Shown in pieces: positions 27,009 to 37,568 of a stretch of DNA of 64,000 nt; position 1 is the stretch's first letter, and every line of letters starts with the position of its first letter. Location: contig JBHLLP010000002.1 of NCBI GenBank assembly GCA_048885525.1, positions 67,451-131,450 of the forward strand. Reading direction: 5' to 3'. A program made the translations under genes and the position numbers. The notes beneath the pieces are model-generated. The model was not told where the DNA came from. It did not search any database and saw only the letters and a list, made by a program, of their open reading frames with translations. This DNA is from Candidatus Hermodarchaeota archaeon. GTDB lineage: Archaea > Asgardarchaeota > Lokiarchaeia > Sigyniarchaeales > SOKP01.

Positions 27009-28297
27009 TGAAAACTGTTATCATTGCCGCAGGAGAAGGAAAAAGACTAAGACCAGTAACTTCTACCCTGCCAAAACCTTTGATTCCAATTGCTGGAAAA
27101 CCTTTACTAGAGCATACGATATTAGGATTAAAAGATTCTGGAATAACTGAAATTTTGCTTGTTGTTGGATATAAAGAAAATTTAATTAAGGATTATTTTG
27201 GAGATGGAAAAGAGAAATTTGATATAAAAATTCAATATATTACGCAAAAGGAGCAATTGGGAACAGCTCATGCTTTTGGATATGGTAAAGATTTCGCGAA
27301 TAATGAACCTATTTTGTTAATGTATGGTGATTTATTAGTAGAAGCAAAAGTTTATCAAGAAATTGTTCAAAAATTTATGGAAAAAGAAGTAGAAGGTATA
27401 ATATTATTAATGGAAGTAGTAAATCCCGAAGAATTTGGCATTGTTTCTTTAAATCCTCAGGGATTTGTAGAAAAAATTATAGAAAAGCCTACGCCAGAGA
27501 TGAATGCAGGAAATCTAGCAAATGCAGGCGTTTTTATATTTGATTCTAGTATCTTTCAAGCAATTGAAAAGACTGAAAAATCAGTTCGAGGTGAATATGA
27601 ATTTACAGATTCTATGGAAATTCTAATAAACCAATTTAAAGGGAGAATTTTTGGTCATACACTTAAAGATTATTTCTGGAGTGATATAGGATTACCTTGG
27701 CAATTTTTAGATGCGAATAGATATCTTTTAGACAAAGTTGAAAAAAAAATATTGGGGCAGGTTGAAGAAAATGTTCATATCTCAGGCAAAATATATATTG
27801 GTGTGGGAACTACCATTAGATCTGGTTCTTATATTCAAGGTCCTTGTTACATTGGAAATAATAATTTAATTGGTCCAAATTCAATAATAGGACCATATAC
27901 ATTCATTGCTAATGATTGTCATATTAGTATTAGTGAAATAGAAAATTCTATTATTCTTTCGAATACTTTAATTCCAGACATTAATTATATAGGAGATACT
28001 ATTATCTGTGAGAATGTAAATCTGGGATCTGGGACTAATGTCAAGAATTTAAGATTTGATGAAGAGAATGTTAAGGTAACAATTAAAGGTCAATTAGTTG
28101 ATTCAAGAAGAAAGAAGTTAGGCGCAATTATAGGATCAAATGTAGAAATTGGAACAAATGTTATTATATTGCCCGGGAAAATTATTGGGGAAAATTCAAG
28201 AATCGGCCCGGATACATTAGTAAGAGAGGATATTCCTCCAAATACTTTTTATTACACTAATCCAAATAAAGAGATTATTAAGAAGAGTTTAAAATAA
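27009..28297 (+). CDS. Bifunctional sugar-1-phosphate nucleotidyltransferase / acetyltransferase (archaeal GlmU-like)
   Basis: IIAAGEGKRLRPVTSTLPKPLIPIAGKPLLEH NTP-transferase motif plus a C-terminal left-handed beta-helix hexapeptide region. An alternative ATG is at 26999. Confidence 0.7.
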
Positions 28298-28358
28298 TTG
28301 TAATATCTACTTGTAAAAGTTTTATTAAGAGTTAGAAATTATTTTTATTAAAAAGAAT

Positions 28359-29633
28359 ATGAAATATGAACTAGGAAAGGGATTTAACCATATGTTAGAT
28401 AAAAAGAATTCAGTAATTTCTGCTTTAATAGATAGAGGAGTTAAAATACCGAATCCTGCTTCAGTTGAGATAGGCGAAGAAGTCGATATTAATCTAATAT
28501 CATCTGAGAATGTTATAATACATTCTGGTTGTAAAATATTTGGTGAAAAAACAATTATTATGCCAGGAGTTAAGCTCGGTAGTAGATCTCCAGTTACTAT
28601 TAAGAATTGTCAATTAGGAAAAGACGTAGAATTAAGAGGAGGTTATTTTGAAGAATCAACTTTTCTGGATTCTGCGAATATGGGTGATGGAGCTGAAGTC
28701 CGGGCAGGTTGTCTTTTAGAAGAGGAAGCTAATGGTGCTCATACAATAGGTCTTAAACAAACTGTTCTTTTTCCATTTGTTACATTAGGGAGTATTATTA
28801 ACTTTTGTGATATTTTAATGGCAGGAGGGACGAGCAGAGCAAATCATAGTGAAGTAGGCAGTTCATATATTCATTTTAATTACACACCTAATCAGGATAA
28901 AGCAACTGCATCTTTAGTCGGAGATGTTCCTTATGGTGTTATGCTCAATCAACCTCCAATCTTTTTGGGCGGTCAAGGAGGATTGGTAGGGCCAAGTCAG
29001 ATAGGATATAATACCACTATAGCTGCAGGAGTTATTTATCGTGGAGATTGTCCTCAAGGCCATAAGCTTTTAATGGGAAAAGAACCTCAAAAAGAAGATA
29101 AAAATTTCTATCCTGGCCTCTATTGGAGTATTAAAAGAAGAGTTATAAATTCTATTGAATATATTGCTAATATAATAGCTCTTAGACAATGGTACCTATA
29201 TGTACGCTCTAAGTTTTATCAGGGTAATAATATGAAAAAGTTGCTCTATGAAGGTGCTGTTGAAAAGATTGAGATTATTTTTAATGAGAGAGTTAAACGA
29301 TTCAAAGCACTAGCTAATAAGATGCAGAAGTCTATAGAATTATATAAATCGATTATGGATGATAAAGCATCAGAAGAGTTAATCAAGCAAAAAAGAGAAC
29401 TATTAGAGAATAATTCATATATAGAGAATGGTTTTATTGAATGTTTATCTTATTCCGGTGATAAGGAAAAAAGAGACGAATTTTTAAATAATTTAGATAC
29501 ATCAACTAAGGATTATATTAATGTAATAAAAAATTTAGATCAGCATAGTTTAGAACTTGGAACTTCTTGGCTTTTAAGTATAGTTGAACAAACTCGTAAG
29601 ACCATAATGAAATATCTTCCATCGTTTATTTAA
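28359..29633 (+). CDS. Left-handed beta-helix (GlmU C-terminal-like) protein with helical C-terminal domain
   Basis: HSEVGSSYIHFNYTPNQDKATASLVGDVPYGVMLNQPPIFLGGQGGLVGP recalls LbH proteins often annotated as GlmU-related. The function is not established. Confidence 0.45.
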   Translation: MKYELGKGFNHMLDKKNSVISALIDRGVKIPNPASVEIGEEVDINLISSENVIIHSGCKIFGEKTIIMPGVKLGSRSPVTIKNCQLGKDVELRGGYFEESTFLDSANMGDGAEVRAGCLLEEEANGAHTIGLKQTVLFPFVTLGSIINFCDILMAGGTSRANHSEVGSSYIHFNYTPNQDKATASLVGDVPYGVMLNQPPIFLGGQGGLVGPSQIGYNTTIAAGVIYRGDCPQGHKLLMGKEPQKEDKNFYPGLYWSIKRRVINSIEYIANIIALRQWYLYVRSKFYQGNNMKKLLYEGAVEKIEIIFNERVKRFKALANKMQKSIELYKSIMDDKASEELIKQKRELLENNSYIENGFIECLSYSGDKEKRDEFLNNLDTSTKDYINVIKNLDQHSLELGTSWLLSIVEQTRKTIMKYLPSFI

Positions 29634-29662
29634 TGTTTCTTTTTTCATTTTATAAACGTAAA

Positions 29663-31513
29663 TTAATGGACTGTAACAGTTTTCGATAAATTAAGCGGTT
29701 TGTCAGGATCTAAACCGTGAAGTAGAGAAGCGTAATACGCCAATAATTGTAACGCAGGTGTGAACGTTATTGGACTGAAGATATTATAATATTTATTACC
29801 AGGTTGTGGTATTTCAATTGTTTTATCACTTAATTCCGAAATAATTTTATCGTCTTCAACAACAAGAGAAATAATTTTGCCTCCTCTTGCCTTAAATTCC
29901 ATTACATTTCCAATTAATCGTTGATAAGTCTCATCTGGGGGGGCAATGAATATAATAGGAAATCCTTCTCTAACTAGAGAAATCGGTCCATGTTTAGCAT
30001 GTGCGGCTGAATATCCTTCAATAAAACGACAAGCAACTTCTTTTAATTTCAAGCCTCCTTCTTTAGCAGTAGCGATTGATATTCCCCTTGCTAAAAAGAA
30101 AAATTGTGTGCTTTTTTCTAGAGTATTTACAATATTTTTAATCACATGAACCTTTTCATTCAAAAAATTTTCAATAATTTGCGGAGTAGATTGTAGGGCT
30201 ATCTTATAATTTTTAATATCTGATTCTGATTCAACTTTTCTTAGTTTTGCAATCTCTAATGCAATTAAAGCTAAAGTGAGCACTTGAGTACAATAGGTCT
30301 TAGTTGCCGCAACACCTATCTCTGGTCCAGCTTGAGTTACAATCACATGATCAGAATATCTAGTAAGTGTAGATCCCACTACATTTGTAATTGTTAAAAT
30401 TTTTACATTTTTGTTATTTTTTGCCCATCTAATTGCTTCAATTGTATCAATTGTTTCACCGGATTGTGAAAGCGCAATTATTACTGAATCATTTTTTAAT
30501 GAATTGGATAATTGAGTTTGGAATTCAGAACATTCAATTGCTTGTATATATTTACCTAAAAATCTTGTAATAATAAATTTCCCCGCCAAAGAAGCGTAAA
30601 AAGAAGTTCCTGCCGCAGTTATATAGATATTATCTGCGGACCATAAATGATTAGCAAAAATTCTTAATAGATCTTTAGAAATTTTCAGAGTTCGTCTCAT
30701 TGCGTTTGGTTCTTCATATATTTCTTTTAACATAAAATGTTCATAACCTCCTTTTTCTGCAGCATCAATATTCCATTCAATTAAATTTAATTCTTTCTCA
30801 ATTTTTATATCATTCTTAAGATCATAGAATTCAACTTCACCTGCTTTTAGAACAGCAAGTTCATCATCCTCCATAATATAACATTTTCTTGTTAATGGTA
30901 AAAAAGCAGGAATATCTGATGCTAAATAAGTAGTTTTATTTTCATCTATTCCAATTACTAATGGAGATTCTTTCCTCACAACAATTATTAAATCTGGATA
31001 ATCAGCATGACAAACTGCTAATCCATATGCACCACTACATAACTCCAATGCTTTTATTACAGAGTCTTTTAAATTAAATCCTTCTTTCAATTTGCTTTCA
31101 ATTAAATGAGGAATAACTTCTGTATCTGTATCAGATTTGAAAATATGACCTTTTTTAATGAGTTCTTTTCTTAAGTCTATAAAATTATCAATTATACCAT
31201 TATGAACAACCGCAATTTTATTAGAACAATCCGTATGTGGGTGACTGTTGATTTTTGTAGGTGCTCCATGAGTAGCCCACCTTGTGTGTGCAAGAGCAAG
31301 TTTAGAGTCATTTGGGATATCTGCTAAATTGATTTTTTTTTGAATTTCATCAATTTTTCCTGAATCTTTTTTAACAAATAAAGTAGAATTAGATAGAGAA
31401 ACTATTCCACAGGAATCGTATCCTCGATATTCTAAGCGCTTAATTCCCTCAACTACGACTTTTCCTAAGGATAAATTGTTTTGATTTGTTATTATCCCAA
31501 AAATACCGCACAT
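29663..31513 (-). CDS. glmS: Glutamine--fructose-6-phosphate aminotransferase (isomerizing)
   Basis: MCGIFGI N-terminal nucleophile, two SIS domains (SQSGETIDT) and a C-terminal ...KTVTVH. Confidence 0.9.
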   Translation of the reverse strand: MCGIFGIITNQNNLSLGKVVVEGIKRLEYRGYDSCGIVSLSNSTLFVKKDSGKIDEIQKKINLADIPNDSKLALAHTRWATHGAPTKINSHPHTDCSNKIAVVHNGIIDNFIDLRKELIKKGHIFKSDTDTEVIPHLIESKLKEGFNLKDSVIKALELCSGAYGLAVCHADYPDLIIVVRKESPLVIGIDENKTTYLASDIPAFLPLTRKCYIMEDDELAVLKAGEVEFYDLKNDIKIEKELNLIEWNIDAAEKGGYEHFMLKEIYEEPNAMRRTLKISKDLLRIFANHLWSADNIYITAAGTSFYASLAGKFIITRFLGKYIQAIECSEFQTQLSNSLKNDSVIIALSQSGETIDTIEAIRWAKNNKNVKILTITNVVGSTLTRYSDHVIVTQAGPEIGVAATKTYCTQVLTLALIALEIAKLRKVESESDIKNYKIALQSTPQIIENFLNEKVHVIKNIVNTLEKSTQFFFLARGISIATAKEGGLKLKEVACRFIEGYSAAHAKHGPISLVREGFPIIFIAPPDETYQRLIGNVMEFKARGGKIISLVVEDDKIISELSDKTIEIPQPGNKYYNIFSPITFTPALQLLAYYASLLHGLDPDKPLNLSKTVTVH

Positions 31514-31669
31514 TTTAAAATAAAAAGCATCTAAGATATTTTAATGTTTCATTTATTGATTGGTAGGATTGAGATTATTTGAGAAAATGATATATACTAA
31601 TTTTTATATTAAAGTAGCCATTTTTTACATTAAATTTTTATATACAATTCTTTAATAAGGTAATAAAAT

Positions 31670-32629
31670 TTGCCAATCAGCGTTATAATAACAAAAGATT
31701 TTAATCATATGAGTGAAGTAGCAGCGGAAATAGTTATAGAAAGTATTATCAATGGGCTAAATGAACAAGAAGAGTTTGTATTAGGTTTAGCTACTGGAAA
31801 TTCACCTACGGGTCTTTATAAACATCTAGCAAAATCATTTAATTCTGGAAAAATAGATAGCACAAAGATTCGTAGTTTTAATCTTGATGAATATATAGGA
31901 CTTCCTGGTGAAAACCCCCAACAAAGAATGTTACACCCTGAGAGTTATTGTTATTTTATGATTCAAGAATTTTTTGGCCTTCTCGATAAAAAATTCATTG
32001 AAACATCTGTACCCTATGGTAATTTGATTGATCAGAAAAAATTAATAAATGAACTTAAAACACACCCAGAAGACTGGAAGGAATTAGGAACCAATGCTGG
32101 TAAGTCAATTGTTATCAAAGAAAATTCATCCTCAGATTATTTACAGTGGATTAGAAAAAGTTTATTAGAAGAATATGCTCATAAAATAAATGATGCTGGA
32201 GGCATTGATTTACAAATAATAGGTGTTGGAGGTCGTGGTCATGTAGCTTTCCATGAATCGGGGATCCCTTTTAAAGATAGTAGTCTTTTATTAGTAAAAC
32301 TTGATGATAATACAGTTGAAAATGCTGTGGTCGATGGACATTTCTCTTCAAAAGAAGAATCTCCATTGTATGCCATCAGTATGGGTGTTGAATTAGTATA
32401 TAAAGCAAAAAAAGTAATGTTATTAGCTAATGGAGAGCGTAAGGTTGAATCAATCTCAAAATCATTATTAAATACCCCAACTCCTGAAATCCCTATATCT
32501 TATGGACAAATATATTCAGAAAATGGTGGCAATTTAATTTATATAATCGATAAGATTGCTGGGCGAAAACTTCTAGCTAATAAAAAAATATTAAAAGAAA
32601 AAGGATTTGAAATGAGACTCTTAATATAA
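31670..32629 (+). CDS. Glucosamine-6-phosphate deaminase / 6-phosphogluconolactonase family protein (NagB-like, with insertion)
   Basis: GLATGNSPTGLY, FNLDEYIGL and DLQIIGVGGRGHVAFHESG motifs. It is about 50 aa longer than a typical NagB. TTG start. Confidence 0.7.
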   Translation: MPISVIITKDFNHMSEVAAEIVIESIINGLNEQEEFVLGLATGNSPTGLYKHLAKSFNSGKIDSTKIRSFNLDEYIGLPGENPQQRMLHPESYCYFMIQEFFGLLDKKFIETSVPYGNLIDQKKLINELKTHPEDWKELGTNAGKSIVIKENSSSDYLQWIRKSLLEEYAHKINDAGGIDLQIIGVGGRGHVAFHESGIPFKDSSLLLVKLDDNTVENAVVDGHFSSKEESPLYAISMGVELVYKAKKVMLLANGERKVESISKSLLNTPTPEIPISYGQIYSENGGNLIYIIDKIAGRKLLANKKILKEKGFEMRLLI

Positions 32630-32729
32630 AAATTATTTATGCTTTTTTTTATATTATCTATAATTTTGATACTAAAAACATATTAAATCCATTAGAAAAA
32701 GCAAAAAAAATTTAAGAATTAAGAAAACC

Positions 32730-34157
32730 TTATATTAAATTTAATTTTTTCATTCGTTCTTGAGCAAGTTCGTTCAATGCTTTTGATTCTTCCAAACTTA
32801 CACTTGATTCTCCAGAGAGCCTTAAATAAGGGCTTGTTCCAGAGCGTCTTATCAAAATCCATCCATCATTATAATCAAATCTTACTCCATCCATCTTGTT
32901 GATGTTTTTTATTTGTTTTCCTTCTATATCTAAAACTTCTTTTATTTCATCAGTGATTTTTTTATTTATGTCCTCTGTAAAGGGTATATCTTTTTTTAAT
33001 TTAAAGTTCGTGCTATAGTATGGATATATAGGAATATCTTCCAATAACTCTCGTAAGGTTTTTCCAGATTCAACAATCATCCTTAACACTTTAGCTATCG
33101 TGGCTAATGAATCAGGTCCTAGATGAGTTCTAGGCCATATGTATGTGCCAGAGGTTTCTCCTCCTAAAAAGCCTCCATGTTCTTTTAATGCTTGTGCGAC
33201 TTTTATATCCCCAACTTCCGTGTAAATAACCTCACATCCAATAGGTGTCAATATATCTTCCAATAAACTCGATGAATTAATTGCAGTAGTAACTTTTAGG
33301 TTTTCCTGAGGGATTTCATTTTTATATCTATTGAAGTAATCAACAGCCATTAATGCCAAAAGACGAATTGGATCAACAATTTCTCCATCTTCATCTAAAA
33401 ATATAACCCTATCGGCATCTCCATCAAGTGCTATTCCGATATCACTTGTATCTGAGGATTTCAGAAATTTTGAAAGCTTAATTAAATTTTCTTTGCTTGG
33501 TTCCGAATTACGCCCTGGAAATTTACCGTCCATTTGAGCATTAATGGTCATAATTTTTACATTATAAGTGCTTAATAATTTTGGAGCTATATCGCATCCA
33601 GCTCCGTTTCCCGGATCAAGTATTACATGTAATGAACTTCCCTCAAATTTGATACGATTTGTAATATCATCAATATGAATATCATTAATATCCTCAACAT
33701 GCGTAACCTTTCCTACTTCATCCCAATTAATATCTATAAATTTTTTATCATTGTAAATTCTTTCAATTTCTTCTTCTTGTTCAGGTATGTACCCCATTCC
33801 AGACGGATTCCAAATTTTTAGACCGATATATTCGGGGGTATTATGAGACGCAGTAATCATAACTCCACAATCTGCATTTAAAAATTTTTGCGACATTGCT
33901 AAAGTAGGAGTTGTGACTATACCTAAGGTTTTTACAGTGCAACCAGTGCTTACTAAACCAGAAATTAAAGCATATTCTATTGGTAAAGCAGAAGTTCTAA
34001 TATCTTTACCGATAACAACGGTACCTTTACCATTTAGATAGGTTCCCAATGCAAGACCTACATCTAACGCCATTTGAGGTGTAAACATGACATCTGATTC
34101 ACTATAATTTTGAAATACACGACGTATTCCAGATGTGCCAAACATAACTGTTGTCAT
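32730..34157 (-). CDS. Phosphoglucosamine mutase / phosphohexomutase (archaeal GlmM/PMM-PGM type)
   Basis: Active-site TASHNTPEY, metal loop ALDGDADR and GGETSG sugar loop. GGTGA lies 7 nt upstream of the ATG. Confidence 0.85.
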   Translation of the reverse strand: MTTVMFGTSGIRRVFQNYSESDVMFTPQMALDVGLALGTYLNGKGTVVIGKDIRTSALPIEYALISGLVSTGCTVKTLGIVTTPTLAMSQKFLNADCGVMITASHNTPEYIGLKIWNPSGMGYIPEQEEEIERIYNDKKFIDINWDEVGKVTHVEDINDIHIDDITNRIKFEGSSLHVILDPGNGAGCDIAPKLLSTYNVKIMTINAQMDGKFPGRNSEPSKENLIKLSKFLKSSDTSDIGIALDGDADRVIFLDEDGEIVDPIRLLALMAVDYFNRYKNEIPQENLKVTTAINSSSLLEDILTPIGCEVIYTEVGDIKVAQALKEHGGFLGGETSGTYIWPRTHLGPDSLATIAKVLRMIVESGKTLRELLEDIPIYPYYSTNFKLKKDIPFTEDINKKITDEIKEVLDIEGKQIKNINKMDGVRFDYNDGWILIRRSGTSPYLRLSGESSVSLEESKALNELAQERMKKLNLI

Positions 34158-34491
34158 TTAATTATCACCATTAATGAAAATAATTATTTTTTTCTATAAA
34201 GATGTTTTAATATACGATAAATTGAAGTAATGAAGATTATTAAATATATTTTCTGTATCTAATGATAATCTAATCCATTAAATTCTATGTTTCAACTTCA
34301 AATTTACAAGAACTTATATAAATAAAAAAAAGGATACCATTAAAGTAATTCTTTGATTTTGTCAGATTTTTCATCTCTTAATTATTTTTAATAACTTAAT
34401 TAAAAAAAGAAAAATATTAATTTCCTCAAATTCTATATAAATTAATATTATATTATGTTAAAACTCTACCAGCTTTTTAGCTTTTCCCAAA

Positions 34492-35970
34492 ATGATTTAC
34501 CAAGGACTTTTTAACATCTTAGATTTATACTTCAAGGAGATTGATCTTTTTTATAATAATATAGATCAATATTTCCGGGATAAAATCATTAACTTTTTTG
34601 AAGAAAGTCTTGTAAATGACAGTAATATTAACCAAAAGCTTGAAGAACTTACAAAGTTTGTTATAAAACTTTTTGTGGACATTGGGTTTGAAGAATTTGA
34701 AATAGAGAAAGAATTTTTAGATCCTTTTCTAGAAATAAGAAATAAAGATGCTGAAGAAATAACTTCGATTTTAGAATTGTATGAAAAAAAACTTGCACCA
34801 ATAATTTATGAAATCTTTTTAGAGATAATTGTTGATTATCTTATAGATATTAAAGTTGCAACTTTAATGTTAAAACTAAAATCTGAAGGATTCCTAACAA
34901 TTGAATTTATTATGGAACTGAGAAATTTAAAAAATCTAATTGAGAGAGATCCTGAAAAAAGGGAGAATTTAAAAAAATATATTCAAATTCAAGAGAAAAT
35001 AATTGATAAATTTCAAAAGAATAAGGAGAAAATTGAAAGCCTTGAGGATCTTCAAGAACCAGAATTTAAACTCCAAATATTATATTTGATTTATAGAATT
35101 ATTCATTTCTTCCATCTTCAGAAAAAATTTGATTTCTCTCACATAAAATCATATTTAGAAGAAAATTTAGATGAATGGTTGATAGATGTTCCATTGGTTA
35201 CACTAAAAAACCCAGATATTTATTATTGTGGAATTTATCTATCTAATCAACTGAATACCAATCTTGATAATAAAAAAATTAAAGAATTTTTGTTAAATTT
35301 GTTTAAAGAAGCAATAGAAAGATACGAATCCCCACTTATAGAAGCTACAGATGGCGCCTATTATTTTGTTAAATCAACAGAATTGATGAAATTATGGCTC
35401 ACTTATGAACAGATAAATAAAATTATTAAAGCAGATGCAAAATTTTTTGAATCTAATTATCTAAAAAACCTAGAAACATCTCAATTAGTTGTGATCTTAA
35501 AATTATACTATCATTTAGGAGTCAGTAGACTCGAACAAAAGATTAAAGCTATTAGCGAAGAATTAGAGTTACGCATTACACCAGATGGAATAAAACAGTT
35601 TCGAGATGGTTTTGTTTCTTCAGAAGCCACTTATTATGTTCTTTTTTGTCATTACATGAATAATTCACTTGAGAAGCTTAAGGATTTCGATTTACTAAAA
35701 GTTATTGTATCTCGGATCTATAGAAACTTAGAGCTCCTTGATTTTTCTGTAGATACGAACTATGATCTATTGAGCGAATTATTTTATTCTATTGAAAGTT
35801 TAAAACTGTTTAATTGTATAGAAACTAAAGAAATGATAAAGCACTTAGCAAAGTATTTATTTCCTCAGGAAATATTTGATACTATCTCATCTAGTAAAGA
35901 AACAATTCGAGAAAAAGCAAAATTTAGACATTTAAAAGTAAATAAAATTACAGGAGAAACAATTTATTAA
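34492..35970 (+). CDS. Hypothetical all-helical protein
   Basis: Long ORF with no motif I can assign. Weak DGxY/F repeats (ATDGAYYFV, RDGFVSSEATYYVL) hint at a toroid repeat fold. Confidence 0.4.
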   Translation: MIYQGLFNILDLYFKEIDLFYNNIDQYFRDKIINFFEESLVNDSNINQKLEELTKFVIKLFVDIGFEEFEIEKEFLDPFLEIRNKDAEEITSILELYEKKLAPIIYEIFLEIIVDYLIDIKVATLMLKLKSEGFLTIEFIMELRNLKNLIERDPEKRENLKKYIQIQEKIIDKFQKNKEKIESLEDLQEPEFKLQILYLIYRIIHFFHLQKKFDFSHIKSYLEENLDEWLIDVPLVTLKNPDIYYCGIYLSNQLNTNLDNKKIKEFLLNLFKEAIERYESPLIEATDGAYYFVKSTELMKLWLTYEQINKIIKADAKFFESNYLKNLETSQLVVILKLYYHLGVSRLEQKIKAISEELELRITPDGIKQFRDGFVSSEATYYVLFCHYMNNSLEKLKDFDLLKVIVSRIYRNLELLDFSVDTNYDLLSELFYSIESLKLFNCIETKEMIKHLAKYLFPQEIFDTISSSKETIREKAKFRHLKVNKITGETIY

Positions 35971-36089
35971 CCCAAATTATCTTATTACCTATTTCTTTAA
36001 TGATTTTAGCATTAATTAATATATTGACTAAAATTATAAATTAATCCTAATCATTTTAATAAGTTAATAAAAAAAAGCTACTGGTATTT

Positions 36090-37568
36090 ATGGTTTTTAA
36101 AGATTTTGATTTAATTTATAAAGATAACCGTTGTGAGATTAAAGATAAACAGAAGATAGAATTGAAATTAAAGGAAATTTTAGGGGATAACAATGTTTCA
36201 ACAAAAAAAATTGATATTTTGGCTTATACCAAGGATACATCACTTATAACATTGAATTGGACAATCCAAGGTCAAATTGCTGGATTACCAGATTTTGTAA
36301 CATGGCCAGAAACTACAGAACAAATTAGCGAAATTCTAAAGTTTGCAAATCAAGAAAAGATTCCAATTATACCATATGGTGAAGGATCTGGAGTTGTTGG
36401 TGGAGCAATACCTATTCATGGTGGAATTATACTTGATATGAAGAAATTTAATAAAGTTCTTGAAATAAATGATAAAAATTTAACAGTTACTGCTCAAACA
36501 GGTATAAATGGAATGAATCTAGAGCGATATTTAAATAATAAAGGATATACAACTGGGCATATACCCCAATCTCTTTATATTTCTTCTTTAGGAGGATGGA
36601 TTGCACATCGAGCAGCTGGTCAATTTAGTACTAAATATGGAAAAATTGAAGATATAATATTAGGAATGGAAGTAATATTACCTCAAGGTGAAATTATTAA
36701 TTTTAAAACCATCCCTAGGGCTGCAACAGGACCCCAATTAGATAGATTATTCATTGGAGGAGAAGGTACTCTTGGAATCGTTACAAAAGCCACTTTAAAA
36801 ATTTGGCCTAATCCAGAAAAAAGATCATTACTCTCATATGCTTTTCCGACTATTGAGGATTCTTATAATGCTATTAGAGAAATTTTAAGGGAAAATATTT
36901 ATCCCGCGGTAATAAGGATTTATGATCAAGGTGAAACCTCAAGGCATTTTCCAGACATAAATAATGCAAAAGATAAAGTTATGGCAATATTTGTTTGTGA
37001 GGGAAATTCAAAACTAGTTGATTTAGAAGTTTCAATAACTATGGAAAAATGCGAGAAAAATTCTGGGGATGACTGTGGCTTACATCCTGTAGAACATTGG
37101 TTTGAGACAAGATTTAGAGTAACAGAAACTTCAGCAATGCCTCCATACAAAATAGTATTTGATACTATTGAAGTAGCTTCACTATGGGAAAATGCTTCAA
37201 AAGTTTATCATTCTGTTTTGGAATCAATGAAAAAGTTGCAAGGAATTATAGTGATTACTGCACATATTTCGCATTTTTATCCAAATGGTGTAGGGATTTA
37301 TTTTAGTTTTGGTGGTGTTCCCGGAAAAGAAGAAACAGATTTGAAATACTACAAAAAATGCTGGAATACAGTAATTAAAAGTGTTTTAGAATCTGGTGGT
37401 TCAATCGCCCACCATCATGGAATTGGAATTAATAGAGCTCATTGGATGGAAAAAGAATGGGGAGCGTCTTTGAAAACATTAAAGGAAATAAAAAAATTAC
37501 TAGATCCAAATAATATTCTAAATCCCGGTAAAGTTTATTCAGATATCTGGAATGGAGGTGAAACATAA
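36090..37568 (+). CDS. FAD-linked oxidase (GlcD / D-lactate dehydrogenase / alkyl-DHAP-synthase superfamily)
   Basis: PCMH-type FAD-binding region IIPYGEGSGVVGGAIPIHGGIILDM. C-terminal HISHFYPNGVGIYFSF...HHHGIG. Confidence 0.75.
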   Translation: MVFKDFDLIYKDNRCEIKDKQKIELKLKEILGDNNVSTKKIDILAYTKDTSLITLNWTIQGQIAGLPDFVTWPETTEQISEILKFANQEKIPIIPYGEGSGVVGGAIPIHGGIILDMKKFNKVLEINDKNLTVTAQTGINGMNLERYLNNKGYTTGHIPQSLYISSLGGWIAHRAAGQFSTKYGKIEDIILGMEVILPQGEIINFKTIPRAATGPQLDRLFIGGEGTLGIVTKATLKIWPNPEKRSLLSYAFPTIEDSYNAIREILRENIYPAVIRIYDQGETSRHFPDINNAKDKVMAIFVCEGNSKLVDLEVSITMEKCEKNSGDDCGLHPVEHWFETRFRVTETSAMPPYKIVFDTIEVASLWENASKVYHSVLESMKKLQGIIVITAHISHFYPNGVGIYFSFGGVPGKEETDLKYYKKCWNTVIKSVLESGGSIAHHHGIGINRAHWMEKEWGASLKTLKEIKKLLDPNNILNPGKVYSDIWNGGET

